Shown piece after piece: positions 28,101 to 40,300 of a stretch of 64,000 nucleotides of DNA. The notes beneath the pieces are model-generated. The model was given only the letters and a program-made list of their open reading frames with translations, did no database searches and had not been told where the DNA came from. Location: positions 27,342-91,341 of IMG/VR virus record IMGVR_UViG_3300044615_000294; one strand, given 5' to 3'. Within the stretch, counting starts at the first letter, position 1. Each line of letters starts with the position of its first letter. The position numbers were made by a program, and so were the translations under genes. The stretch comes from a virus.

Positions 28101-31100
28101 AAGTCTAATGCTATTTGAGATTTTTTATCAGCAACCTTTGCAGTTATTTTTCTGATCTCCTCTAATATTCTTTTTCTTTCAGCATAAAACTTAGATGTAT
28201 ACGCTGTTTTAAAATTAGACCTTAAGAATTTATCAATCTGCTTTTGATATTCATTTTTAGTTTCCCCTTCTTTAGGTTCAGCTTCCGGGTCTATACCTTT
28301 GGCTATCAATCTATTATGAAAATTATCTAGATCTTTTTGTACTCTATCTGAATCTATATCATAGTCATACATGTTTCTTGACAGCTCTCTGTGTTTTTTT
28401 CTTAGCAAAACTCTTTGAAGTTCTTCACCTTCTTTTGGCTCACCTTGTAAATTGTATATATCAAATAATCTGTTGTACTCTAATCTTGCTTGTTCTTCTG
28501 AATCATTAAAGTCATATAAGTCTTCTAAGTCTAAAAAGTTTACATTCTTTAATGTATTCATTTTAGATAAAGCATTTTGCCTTTCTACATATGAATCAAA
28601 AGCAATTTTAGGAGAAATTGTTATTTCTTGTCCTGTAAAAGGATCTGTTACTACAGCTCCTGTATTCCAAATTTTTTGAATGTCATAGAATTCTTTTGTA
28701 TATCTTCTATGCATATACTTTTCTTCAAAGTCTTGAATAGCTTGATAAGCATCTTTCATAGCCTGCTTATCATTTTTAGCCCTAGCTTCTTGAAAATTAT
28801 TTTGAAGTTTAGCTAAATCATATCTATAGTTTTTAAACTTATTCTTAAATGTCCAAACTTCTTTTTCTTGAAAGTCTCCATTGTTATCCACATAACCAAC
28901 TTTATCTAAAAACAATAGCATGTCACCAAGCTGATTTGTTTTATATGGTTGATAACCAACAGCATTTAATAATGGTAGTAACTTATATGTTATTTCATCT
29001 GCCTGATCTTGTGCAGCTTGTTGAGCTTCAAATATTTTAGTCTTTACAAATCTTGTAAATGAACCAGCAATTGGATCATCCATGTTTGCATACGGAGTAA
29101 TAAATGCTGTGTAGAATGATAAATCTCCTCTCTCCCCTCTTAAGTATTCTTCAATTTGTTTTTTACCTAAGCGTTTAAACATATACTCATTTACTGCTTT
29201 AACAACTAGCTTAGCTCTTCTAGGAGTTATATCAGTTAACTTAAGGTCTTTCAATGTATAGGTCTCTCTATCTTCAGTGTTAATTACATTTTCTATAAAG
29301 TTATTTACATCTTCTTCAGAGTAACCTTCTGCTTTTAAAATTATACCAACTCTTTCTTTTAAACTTTTTTCAATAGAATCTTGCATTAACTCTGTTTCAT
29401 CTGCAAAGAAGTCAGAGATAAACTTAAATTCTATTTCCGCTATTTTTTTATTAGCATTTTCAACTGAGTTTTGTATTGAGTTAAGAGTCTTATAAAACAA
29501 AGTTTCCTTATCAAGAGGTAAATCTTTTAACTTATCAAGCAGAACCTGTTGATTTTGTAAAGATGTTTTATAATAAATAACTCTTGAAATATTTTCATTA
29601 GTTTGACTTTCTACTTTTGTCAAGTCATCAAGAATTTTTTCAATGCTTTCAACAAATGTTTCTATTTCATTTAATGAGTTTGTAAGTGCTAATGCTCTAA
29701 GTCTTGTTTCAGATTCTATATCTTCTACAGCTCTAATAACATTTTCTGGATCTATATCTTCTGCTTTTACATTTACTGTTTGATACTTAGAAAGTTCTTC
29801 ACGGATGTAATTTAAAATTTTTGTTCCGCCACTTTTAACTAATAGGTCCTTTACTTTAAATGGAACTTGCTTCAAACTATTAAGCTGACGCATGTTATTA
29901 TCATAGATTCTATTAATCTCTTCTTGTAATCTTTCAACTGGAATACCTTTAAGCTCATTAATCCTTCTAGCTACTTCACTTTCTAGTTTTTTAAACTCAG
30001 GATTATTAACATTAAAAATTTCAAAAGATTCAATCTGAAACTCCTCATTAGCAAGCATATTGGCTAATTGATCTAAAGTAGTACTTTGACTTAGTTTATT
30101 TAAATTAATCTTTGCTGCCACCTTTGGACTAAATGCTTTTCTAATAACTTTCTTAATAGCAAACATTAGTTTATCTAAGAACTTTTTAAAAGCTGAAGAT
30201 GGAGCTGTCCCCTTTCTTTCAATAGAGGTAACTAATGCTTCCCTCATAAATGCTTTTGATCCCTTTTGAAGTTTGGGATATAGTCTTTCTATATATGCTA
30301 TAACATCCATACCTTCTGGAGTCATACTTAATTCAGCATATAGATTATTAAATAGCTCAGGGTTTTCTTGTTCAATACCTTTTATTAAAGGATGTGCAAA
30401 TTCGTGTAGTACATTATCTACTGATAGATTACCTTCTACAAAATATACTTTATTGCCAAAGAAGAATGCTGGTTCTCCATCATATTCTGTTGCAGTATTT
30501 TTTAATAATATTTCTGCAGCTTCAGGAGTTACTAACTCCCATTCTACATTCATGGCATCTGATAATTTATCAGCAAGCGTAGTAGCAATTTCTATTGCTC
30601 TTTCACTTTCAGCATTATATGTATCTGCAGAAGCTTCTTCAGCTGTCATTCTTGTTACAATAGCAGCTTGTCTTCTAAACTCTGCTTCTGTAATGTTTGG
30701 ATCCACACCTAATGTTTCTTCAGAGTTTCTGCCAAATAAATAATCATCTGTATAATCTACACCTGCTCTTTTAGCATCTTCCTCTTGTATCTTTCTAGCC
30801 TCCTCTTCATATAATTCTTGTTCAGGAGTTTTCTCTTTAAACTCTGGTTTTATATAAGCCCCTGTCTTAATTATATTTTCTAAATCTGACACAGGTTTAT
30901 TTGATTGAGTAGCATCTACAATTCTAGACTGCGCTCTTTCTATTTTACCTTCAATGTCTAATTTACCTTTAACCTTTCTAAGACCCCAAGTATTTAAATC
31001 TGCTTGACCAATTTGTTCTAGATTGTATAACATGTATACTGTCGAAATATTATTGGCTTTGTTATAGTTATTTTTTGTAGAGACAGCTTTCATCAAACTA

Positions 31101-31333
31101 ATCTTTTGACTGTAGCTTATCTCTTTAGGGAAACTTTTACCAATTTCTTCTTTAACTTTAGAAATTGGAACTAAACCTAATGCTTCTTTAACATTTTTAT
31201 TTTTAATGAAATCATTATAGCTAGGTGTTTCACTATTAAAAAATTCCTGAATAAGATTAGAGACTTTTGTTTCTCCAAAATCTTTTACCATTTTTTGTAC
31301 ATCAGGATCACCAAAGTTTAAACAGAATGACAT
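25106..31333 (-). CDS. Giant virion (probably ejected) protein with zincin motif and LysM domain
   Basis: 2075 aa; HEFAH at 30392-30406; LysM HEYKRGDTFESIAKRY...LEPGDKITV at 25958-26086; hydrophobic helix near C-terminus. Confidence 0.75.
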   Translation of the reverse strand: MSFCLNFGDPDVQKMVKDFGETKVSNLIQEFFNSETPSYNDFIKNKNVKEALGLVPISKVKEEIGKSFPKEISYSQKISLMKAVSTKNNYNKANNISTVYMLYNLEQIGQADLNTWGLRKVKGKLDIEGKIERAQSRIVDATQSNKPVSDLENIIKTGAYIKPEFKEKTPEQELYEEEARKIQEEDAKRAGVDYTDDYLFGRNSEETLGVDPNITEAEFRRQAAIVTRMTAEEASADTYNAESERAIEIATTLADKLSDAMNVEWELVTPEAAEILLKNTATEYDGEPAFFFGNKVYFVEGNLSVDNVLHEFAHPLIKGIEQENPELFNNLYAELSMTPEGMDVIAYIERLYPKLQKGSKAFMREALVTSIERKGTAPSSAFKKFLDKLMFAIKKVIRKAFSPKVAAKINLNKLSQSTTLDQLANMLANEEFQIESFEIFNVNNPEFKKLESEVARRINELKGIPVERLQEEINRIYDNNMRQLNSLKQVPFKVKDLLVKSGGTKILNYIREELSKYQTVNVKAEDIDPENVIRAVEDIESETRLRALALTNSLNEIETFVESIEKILDDLTKVESQTNENISRVIYYKTSLQNQQVLLDKLKDLPLDKETLFYKTLNSIQNSVENANKKIAEIEFKFISDFFADETELMQDSIEKSLKERVGIILKAEGYSEEDVNNFIENVINTEDRETYTLKDLKLTDITPRRAKLVVKAVNEYMFKRLGKKQIEEYLRGERGDLSFYTAFITPYANMDDPIAGSFTRFVKTKIFEAQQAAQDQADEITYKLLPLLNAVGYQPYKTNQLGDMLLFLDKVGYVDNNGDFQEKEVWTFKNKFKNYRYDLAKLQNNFQEARAKNDKQAMKDAYQAIQDFEEKYMHRRYTKEFYDIQKIWNTGAVVTDPFTGQEITISPKIAFDSYVERQNALSKMNTLKNVNFLDLEDLYDFNDSEEQARLEYNRLFDIYNLQGEPKEGEELQRVLLRKKHRELSRNMYDYDIDSDRVQKDLDNFHNRLIAKGIDPEAEPKEGETKNEYQKQIDKFLRSNFKTAYTSKFYAERKRILEEIRKITAKVADKKSQIALDLAELYKTRFNLSTSTSDANGQPNGLNLSPEQINLLKKIEDEIVRLEEQFDRKTGLTKDQTSRYDSYIAKAAAGTQLTPEERKDYAEILSIKNEMGLTPAELAALKSRFAELRELESKIPTDYYLEAFNYAIRDMELPEMTTDNADKWINGENLVKALENPEFAKWYGRNHYQKEVYDVDLNRNVIKNFRIAAWTMKIPNNPDHYVVTEIIDPLTKTERKIIGRPAGKYTKSRIKSEFLTIPRGESWDNYVGTIVDNKGNYLPREYNIGDPNSAFDKKYQNEEYEEMKNAGGPEFDLLNAITESMIQIQKNKPVSSRLYLEMPRFRKRGNLEYVASGEAKENLIDRVGGFKGLWKTWFGKDVDDAEFGFNHDVNFNLVPTDLDGRPVNKVRIRGLYNLDQKRVSKDVLRGMYDYLLSLEEQKVLLENEPIAKALESVLSQNGIKDLTNIDQQEFQRTRKRKFLSKDDNRRLGAVKHQVKKIFYGKTTGTFDEENAWLTKIIQGLFRRSSRAFIAFDPQSAIKNRWGMLYQNAIYAAGGKNVTPMSLAKGYAKAKQSAMFWVFKDVYEQGIKSADIQLVERMDPTAMFGKNFGKSSSRSKLKDLADLTYAYDFRRTMELEAALEMFWGMMYNKYIPQAGSSEDIAYADAWETDDRGILKLKDGIDPMYDYKKVEHEYKRGDTFESIAKRYNITAEQVKKRSGITDISKLEPGDKITVGNMEGFLNMKFLLQSAQKKTTGLMDVFDTPQAEKYLGYRAFTFYKRFATGMFLDKYQIDTDKGNLGGYVYNWDTNTLDKGYYMNTMQNALRLIRSVGKDTAIMTEDEKAAAKKVIIENVGYFLLAMIIGSWYFGYDPDDEDKWKKLKARATTTQGQLENHLLYLLIMTKMENESFIPVYLPEQGTKYFKTTTIALDNTVVLYTKIGQDLYNIGAGNEGEARYSQDVGPYKWQRQGQYKLWNHLGSMYGLKGKNVIDLGIEGQENFDEGAIWAIKKYQMFENLK

Positions 31334-31338
31334 AATCT

Positions 31339-34300
31339 TTATCTTTTACATTTCATATAATAATCTAGAGCATCCATTATATCTAGATCTGGATTTTTAA
31401 CTTCTTCATTTGCAAACCAATCTTTAAACTCTTTTGAATTTAATACAATGGTTTTATTTTGATTTTCCAAAGTTAAATTATTTTCTTCTTCTTCTTGACT
31501 AAATAAATCTAATTGTTCTCCTGGTCCAGGTTTTTGAGTACCTCTAAGCTCTTCTCTAACTTCCATAAGTAATTTTGGAAACTCTTTACCCCATTTAGTT
31601 TTATCTTGAGTATGTGTAAGAGTAGCATTACCTGTAGCAAGTAATTTAGCAAGGGCATCTGGATTTTGTTCAAAAGAAAGTGTAAGTATATTTTTCATTA
31701 CTCCTGATGAATCTCTATCCCAAGTTGCAGTTGATAAATCTTTAATTTTAGCTCCTAAACTTTTTGCTTGAGCTCCAGTTGCAGTTTTTAATTTTTCAAG
31801 TATCTCTAAATTTTCTTTACTTGCAGGAGCACCTAATAAAACAGCATTTGTAAAAAATATTTTCATAGCTTGGAAAGCACCTTCAGGAGTTCTGAATGTT
31901 TGACCATTAAGCGTTACAGCTCTGTCAGCAAAATTACTTAACTCAGCATTTTCTCCTGTACCAGCATAAATATTGATTTTAATATCAGATCCTGGTAAAT
32001 TAGTACTAGGTTGAGTAGTAATTAGTTTATCAAAATTCTCATTAAATACTATATTAGAAGGTATTGGTCCTGCATTAATAAACATATCTGCCATTTCTTG
32101 ACCTGTATAACCATTAAGATTAGTTCCAGAGTAATCAGATACTAAAAATTCTTTAGTTGGATTTTCTTTAGCATACTCATACAACTTTTTAACACCCTCT
32201 ATAATTTCTTGAGGAGTTTTACTTTTCTTTTTTCCAGGACTAGTTACAGTAGTTATACCCCATGCTTTTCCTGAATCAGACAATCTATTATCCATTTTTT
32301 CACCTTGCTTAACACCAGCAATTCTGTATGCAACTAATGCTGCTCCTCCTGTACCTTTAGAAGGATTTCCATTAATACCAAGTGGATTAGAACCAAATAC
32401 AAATATTTGATTAGGCTGTAAACTTGTTACTTTTCCTGAATAAGTTTTTCTTTCAGTAGGTTGAGTAGTAGGTGCAGTAGCTTTTCTCCAAGTACCGATA
32501 GGTTGACCATCAATTTTTATCTCAGAATAATTATATCCTTTAGCTTCAAGATTTTGATACAATCTTTTTTCACCAGTATTATAACTACTTGAATCTATGT
32601 AAGCTTTATTATCTGTAAGAATAGTAGCTCCAGCTTCTATGGCTTTAATTGCTTCTCTGATAGTTTTATCTTGTTCTCTTTTAACAACGGTTGCATCACC
32701 TCTTAGTCCAGGAACAGATACAAAGATTACATCTGTACCACTATATTTACCAGTATTTGCTAAAGTACCAGCTTGTTCTCTATAGATCTGTGTAGTACTA
32801 CGTTTACCATCTTTACCAACTATACCTTCTCCAAAACCAATAAACTGTGTAGCTATGCTCGCTTTTGTTACAGCTTTAGCATCTTTAACTCCCGCTTGAG
32901 GAATAACTGTAAATCTGTCTTTCTTTTCAAATGTTGGAGTAGTAGATACAAATGCAGCTGATACAAAGTTTTTAAAGATTCTATTTCTAGGATTCATACT
33001 TATATTAAATACTCTATCCATGTATCTTTGTTTATCTTCAAAGTTTTGGTTGTTAAAGTCTACTGCTGCATTATTCATAATTGCAACATAGTCTTCAAAT
33101 GGTAAGATTTCATTAAAACCAAATCTACTATACCCTACTCCATTCTGATATACTGCAACAAGTGGTAGTGCACGGAACATGTCACTGATGTACTTATTTT
33201 GTATTGGATCAGCTACTTTAGATACATTAGGATCAGCTAGATCTTTAATGTTTTGATAGTATTGTTCTGCCACATTTCCTTTACTTAATAATCTAGAATT
33301 ATTTAAAGTAAGAATTTTCTGACCATCTTTAACTTCTGGAATAGATAGTTGTGATAATAAACTATATTTATCTTTTAACTCAGGATGTTGATTTATAATA
33401 TCAAAAATATCTTCTGCAAATGAGTATCCTGTATTTTGGAAGAACACATCTTTTGTAAAGTATTTAGCTAAAATATCTGAAGGAATGTTTAACAAATCTT
33501 TTTCAGATTGTACATACCCCACCATATAATTTTGGAACACAGAATTAACCATGTTATTTTTTATATCAGATATGAATGTTTCAGTATCACCAAATCTTTT
33601 TACTATTTGAAAACTATTAGTCTTTATAAGACTTATAATGATATCACTTATGTCTTTTGAATTTCTTAATGGAAACACTGGCTGTACTAAATCCTGAACA
33701 ATTTGATTGTCAAAAAATGTAGATAAGATAGATTCTTTTCTTAAAGCTTTTACTACTTTACCTTCTACTCTTGAGTCATTTTCAATTTCATCAAGAAGTA
33801 CATTTCTATTAATTACTTGCTGTAAAGTTTTAGATATTGCAGTATCCGGATTAGATAATCTCATTAACTCTTGGTATCCTGAGAACTGTTTTTCTAATTC
33901 TAATACATGAAGTAATGTAGCAATTTGATGATCTCTAAATTTAGGGTCATTTGGATTATCAAGAATTTTATTTAAATCTTCAATATTAAATTGCCCATCT
34001 TCATTTAAGATGTTACCTTTTTCTATAAGAGCGTCTAATGCTTTTTGTTCTTCTCTAACTAACTTTGGTGCTTCTTTTGAATCAACAATAAATTTTGATA
34101 ACACTCTAGCTGCTGCAACTTCTTTATCAGGAATTTTTATTTCTAGACCACTTTGACTAATTTTAGTTCTAGGTATACCGCTGTTGTCAGTAATAAGATC
34201 TGAGTAAGAACTTTTTAAAAGTCTTTGTTCTTTTGCATACTCCCTTACTAATGGTTGTGACAAAAACTTAATTGCATATTCTCTTGTAACTCCTGACTTA

Positions 34301-37300
34301 AATAACATAGCCATTAACCCAATCATTTCTTCATTACCTTGGATAAAGAATATCCATGCATTTTTCTCAACATCCACAGAACCATTCATTAATTGTGAAT
34401 ATAGTTCTGATATTAAATCTCCATCTACTGTAGTAATATCTGAAAGTGATATTCTACCATCTTTAGTTTTATTATGAGGTAATAATATTCTTGATTCTCT
34501 TCCTTTTTGTTTTTTATAGGTGTATGTTTTAGGCATTGCTGCACCTAAAGTATTTAGTACCGGGTGTAAAGCATTGTAGATAGCTACAATACCCAATACC
34601 CTCTTACCAATCATATTTGCTTCATGCTTGTGTAAGTTGTATAATGGCTCTAATACTCTAGTGGGGCTAATAGCTTTTTCACCTTTTGTGTTTAGTCTTC
34701 TATCTTCACCATGATAGTTTTTAAATCTATCATAGTCTGTTACCTTGTCTTCTAATTTATCTGCCAATTCATCTTTCAAAAGATATGTAGCATTTGGTCT
34801 AACAAGAGATGCATAGTTCTCTGGTAAACTAAGTATGTTAGATAGGCTAGTAATTAGTTTATTCTCTAAAGCTGCCTTTTGAGTACTCAGTAATCTAGCA
34901 GTCATTTGCTTTCCTTCTTCTGTATCTTTATTTTGATCAATAAGATTTTGAAGTCTCTCATTAGACATTGCTGATTCTATAAACTTTCCAGATTTATCCA
35001 ATGATGGCATAAATGTAGTAAGTTTATCAACGTCAAAGTCAGCTCCTGACTTAGCAACTATTTCTGATGGTGGTATAATAATTGGACCAGCAGCCTCATC
35101 TAAGAACTCATATACTTCCATATATTCCATAGAGTTAAGGCCTTGCACAGGAATCCTAACAGCAATCATGGTAATTGCTTTTCTATTAGCTCCATCATTT
35201 GCATTTAACCATTCATCATCTTTAATAGCCTGGTTTAGCCTTTCTCTTGTACCAATTTTTTCCCCTTTGTAATCTAAGTTTAAAAGATTAACAAAGTCTC
35301 CCTGAAGAGCAATAGCAACTTTCATTGCTGAAGTTCTATCTTTATCATAGTTATAGAAAGGTAAGTTATTAGTTCCCATGAACTTTCTTACTTGTTCTAC
35401 ATCAGCTTTATCAAATTGAATTTGATTATCCCAGATACCATTAGTCATTGCACTAGATACCTGTACTAATGCTTCACCTTTGATTTTTTGTCTTACTAAT
35501 CTTTTTTCAATTAATGAAACAATAATTTTTTCAATCTCATCTGCTCTTAAATGGAAAGATAAATCTGTTTTCAAAGAGTTATCTGGATTCATATTGATAA
35601 ACTCAATATGGTGTTCTGGGATATTCTTTCTACCCAACTCTCTTTGTACAAGCTCTAAGAAGTTTTTAAAATTTCCAATGTATTTACCATCTTCAAACTT
35701 ATAACCAATCTCATTAAGTAGTTCCATTTTTAAGAACTCACCATATGCATCTACTGCATCTTCATAATCTTTAACTAAAACTTGATTTTTAACTGTAAGT
35801 TCACCATTTCTATATAAGTTAGATAGGATAAGTTTTCTTAACTGAGTAGCAAATACTGTTTTGTTTTTATAAGATACAGGAACTTTAGTAACATCTTTAA
35901 GATACTCAAGGTATACTGTGTTTGGAGTAAACTTAATATCTGTCTTTAATGATTTTTGTTCATCATCATTATAAATTTTATCAGCTACTGCTTTTCCTTT
36001 TTCATTAACCTCAGATGTAACACTACCAACTTTAGAACCAGTCTGGAAAGTAACATACTGAATGTTTTCCTTAATCATTTGCTTATGTAAAGATTCTAAA
36101 TCAGAATTCTTTATCATTGATGGAATAAGAGGAGCTAAGGCAAACTTATGCATTGCCATTACTGGTAGTGATGTATTAGCCAAGTGTCCAAAATTTTGCA
36201 CTTTATATACCGGGAATGCTTCAATAATATCAGAATACTTAACAGGTTCTTTTCTTATTACCTTTACATATAATTGTTCTTGTAAATCACTCCACTGGTT
36301 AGATGCAATTTTAAGATTTCTATAAGCATCAAATGTAATCCATCCTTGACCATCTCCTTCCTCCATTTTTCCATAAGGCTTAAGATCCTGAGCCACACGC
36401 ATTTCTACTTCCTCAGATAGTTTATCAGCTGGAACTTTTCCTTTAAGTCTCTCTGTATAATCTTTTCTTAATTCTCTTTCAATTATAGGAGAATAAACAG
36501 ATTCTCTCACAATATCTTGAATAATGGCAGAATTAAATTTACCTGTGTAAGCAAGAGTTTCTAATCCTTCTGCTTGTGCATAAGATAATTTACCATTCAA
36601 TCCAGTTAAATAATTTCTTATTGACTGATCTGTTCTAATCTTTAATCCACCAGAAGTTCCACCAGAGTTTCTCTTGTGCATCTCTTCTTTTTCATGATTG
36701 TATTGTACAATATCACCATAGAATAAAGTAGCAGTTTCAAAATTTTGTACCCAAGAATTTACTGCATAAGCAGAAATTAAAACTTCTTCAGCTTTCTCTT
36801 CACCAAGATTAAATACAGCTAGTTTATCTAAAAGATCTGGGCTCAAATATTTAGCTTCATTGTAATAGTTTTGTAAATCTTTAACTTGATCAGTAAAATA
36901 TGTAGTAACTTCATCTAAGATCTTTTTATATAGATCTGGATTAGTTTTAATGTAATCTTCAAATCTTACATTAGGATTTGTTACTGCAGCTAATATTTCT
37001 TCTTTAGTATCTTTTGTTAATACATTATCAAATGCAGTAAAGTTTTCACCGGCCATAGTACCATCTGCAAGTTCTCTATTGTATCCAGCATATGTCTTAA
37101 ATAAATCTCTATTTGTTTTAAATTTATTTATTCTTTCTAACTCACCAGCAATGTATGGGATCATGTGATTTTTAACAAGATACTCATATGCATTACCTGT
37201 TGCAAATTTATCTGTGTCTACCCATAATCTTGTATCTTCACCTTTACCAACACCACCTAAAATACCACCTTCTCCATCTATTCTAGCTCCAAAAGATGAT

Positions 37301-40300
37301 GACTTAGATGCATGTCTCATAAACTCTATCATACCACCTTTAAGCATACTGTGTAGTTCTTGTAAGAACTTACCTCTAGCATCTAATGAGGTTGTATTTG
37401 TTCCATCCTCAATTGCTTCTACCTGAGTACCTGAGTTTATAAATAGCTGTAAAGATTTTCCTGTTCTTTTAGCCCAGTTGTATACACCATCTTCTGTATC
37501 ATTTTTATCAAACAAAGTATTGATAATACCAAGTCTAGTAGTAAATGAATTAATTAATGGATTTAAATAACTCATATATTCAAACTCACTACCTGGTGTC
37601 CACGCCTCTGATAAATTTTGCATTTTATTCAGAGCATATGTTATATAACTTATAGTGTGATCATCTATATGTTCAAATACAAGATTTTTTTCTGCATTTA
37701 ATACTGCAAAGTTTGCAGAGTCAAAACCATACTTAGCTTGTAAACCAAGAATTCTATCTATAGCATTCTTTTGTCTTACTACTTTTTCAGAAATAGTACC
37801 TGCACTAAATCCAGAACTTAACTTACCAATTGGATCTAACAAAAATTCATTTATTTCATCTGCTGTTTTTTGTGTTGTCTTTGGATTCTTCATTGCTTGA
37901 TCTATATCATACATATTTCTATAAATATATATTAGACCATACATTTGTTTAGCTCTCTGATTTAGATTCAGTTCATTTTTAATAATTGATAAATCATCTA
38001 AATATAAACCTATTGCTCTTGCAAATTCATAAGCTCTATTAGAATCTAATTTTCCATCTTTACCAAATTCTTCTACAACATCTGCAACTTTTAAGAATGC
38101 AACATTTTCTGCAGTTCTTCCAATGAATTTATTTTCAAGATCACTTTTAAACTTAGATTGAAACTTACGCATTAAGCTCATTGTTTCAATTGAAGCTTTA
38201 GTAACTTCAGCAATGTTATTATCAAATACTGTAGTTTGTAAATAAGTTACTCTTGTTTTTTGAAAGTCTTGCCAGAATGAGGTTAGAGTATTTACTTCAA
38301 ATCTATTTCTCTCATTAATAACAATCTTACCATCTTGAATTGTGTATCCCGGAAGCTTTCTTAGTAACTGTTTGAATTCTGGATAAATTGTTTGTGCAGC
38401 AGTTCTAATATTTTCAAGCATTTTAGATGGATTCTTTTCTCCATTAATAGCCCGAATAGTATTATTCCATGTAGTTGCAAAATCTGCAAGCTCTGGGTAC
38501 CCTAATTCATTAAGTACTACTTTACCGTTTTGCATTTTATGTAAACTGGATAATAAAACAAGAGTCTCTGAACTTGCTAAATCCAATAAAGACTTAGTTT
38601 GAGTATCATCTTTTATACCTAAACTTTCACCTTCAGGAGTATTTGTTTTTGGATTGCTGTTTCCTGTTTGAGATTGTGTAGTTGTATCATCTGCCTCTTC
38701 ATCTACCGCTTCTTTAAACTTTTTGTTTAGGATTTTATAATCACTATTCTCATTATGATATGCAATTACTCCTGACTTTTTATCACCCCAGTTTTTAAGT
38801 GCAGTTTCAAATATTCTTATTTTATTTTCAAGCTTTTCAATTTCTAATGCCTTAGTAGGATCATCTTGTATTTTTTCTAATTCTTCTTTAGCCGTATCTA
38901 ATTTATTTTGAAAATCTACTTTAGCTTCAGCATATATTTTTTCTTTAGCGTTTTCATTTGTAAAGATTCTTATAGTTGCCTCTTTAGTACCAGCTTCTTC
39001 AGAGTATTGATCTGCTCTTAATGAGAAGAAAGAGTCAATACTTTGTGATACAAGATTACTATCCTGTTTATCTAAAGCATCAATTGAAGTTTCAGATATA
39101 TCTTCTATACCTCTATTAAGTTCCTGAAAGTTGAATGTATTAACAAGCGGAGAATATTTATTTAAAAACTTCTGGCTATTCTTTTTATTCTTACTTGCTA
39201 AGTATAACTCATTAAAGAGTTTATCTTTAGTACTTTTAGATTTAAATAGATTATTTAAGAAGTTTAAAATCTTTCTAAATATACTATTTCTTTTAGGTGA
39301 GTTAGCTTTAACACCTTGTTCTTTTGCATAAGTTCTAAATTCTTCTGCAAGATATTCCTCAAGTTGTCTATATGTAGCTTCACTAAATTTAACTTTGGTA
39401 CCATCTAATAGTGTAAAGCTTCCTTTTTGTTTTGCAACTTCATCATATAGTGCCTTTCTTTCAGTTGGATTTAAGAATAACTGAGTAAATCCGTGCCATG
39501 CTTCATGGTATACATCTACTATACTACTTCTCTGACTAATTTGAATTTCACCATATTTATTATTTAACACAGATCCGTATGCAATAAACTTTGCATAAAC
39601 ATCTGAGTTAACTATGTTCACCATTGTCTTGAAGTCAATGAATTTAGAAAGTGGAGAATTGTTCCACCAAGTCTCTGCATTCTTTATATCTTCTGGAGTT
39701 ATATTTTCTAAACCTAAATTTTTACCGGATCTGTACATTTTATCATCATCAAACAAACTACCAAGACCTCCTTTTTCTGGTTCTGGTGTATTTTCAGGCG
39801 CAATAATATTATCTCTTTCTTCTTTTGGTGTTTTAACAACTGGTTCTGTAGCTGTCTCTATTTCAGTATCTTCCACAGAAAGTTCAGAAGGAATGCTAAA
39901 CTTAATATATGTGTTATAAAATCCAGGATCTGTGCTTTCAGATATTTTAATGTTTGCACCATCTAATGTTTCTAATAATGGAATATAGGGTGCATTATAT
40001 TCATCACTAAGTTCTCCTGTTTCTAAATTATAATCTCTATAAGCGTTTCTTGATAAAACATCTACATTATAAGTCATTTTAGCGGGATAAGGTTTACCCT
40101 TTCTACTATCACCTTTTGCATATCTTAAAACATCATATACTAAATCATATTTGTTATTTAGTTCATCATTTAATAAGGTATATGTAGCACCTGTTCCATC
40201 ACTATATGTTTTTTCAGTATACTGAAAAGTAAGTGCGTCTGTTCCAGCATTATAAAGTAATGTGTGTCTTCTTGCTGTCATTGCAGCTTTATCAGAAAGA

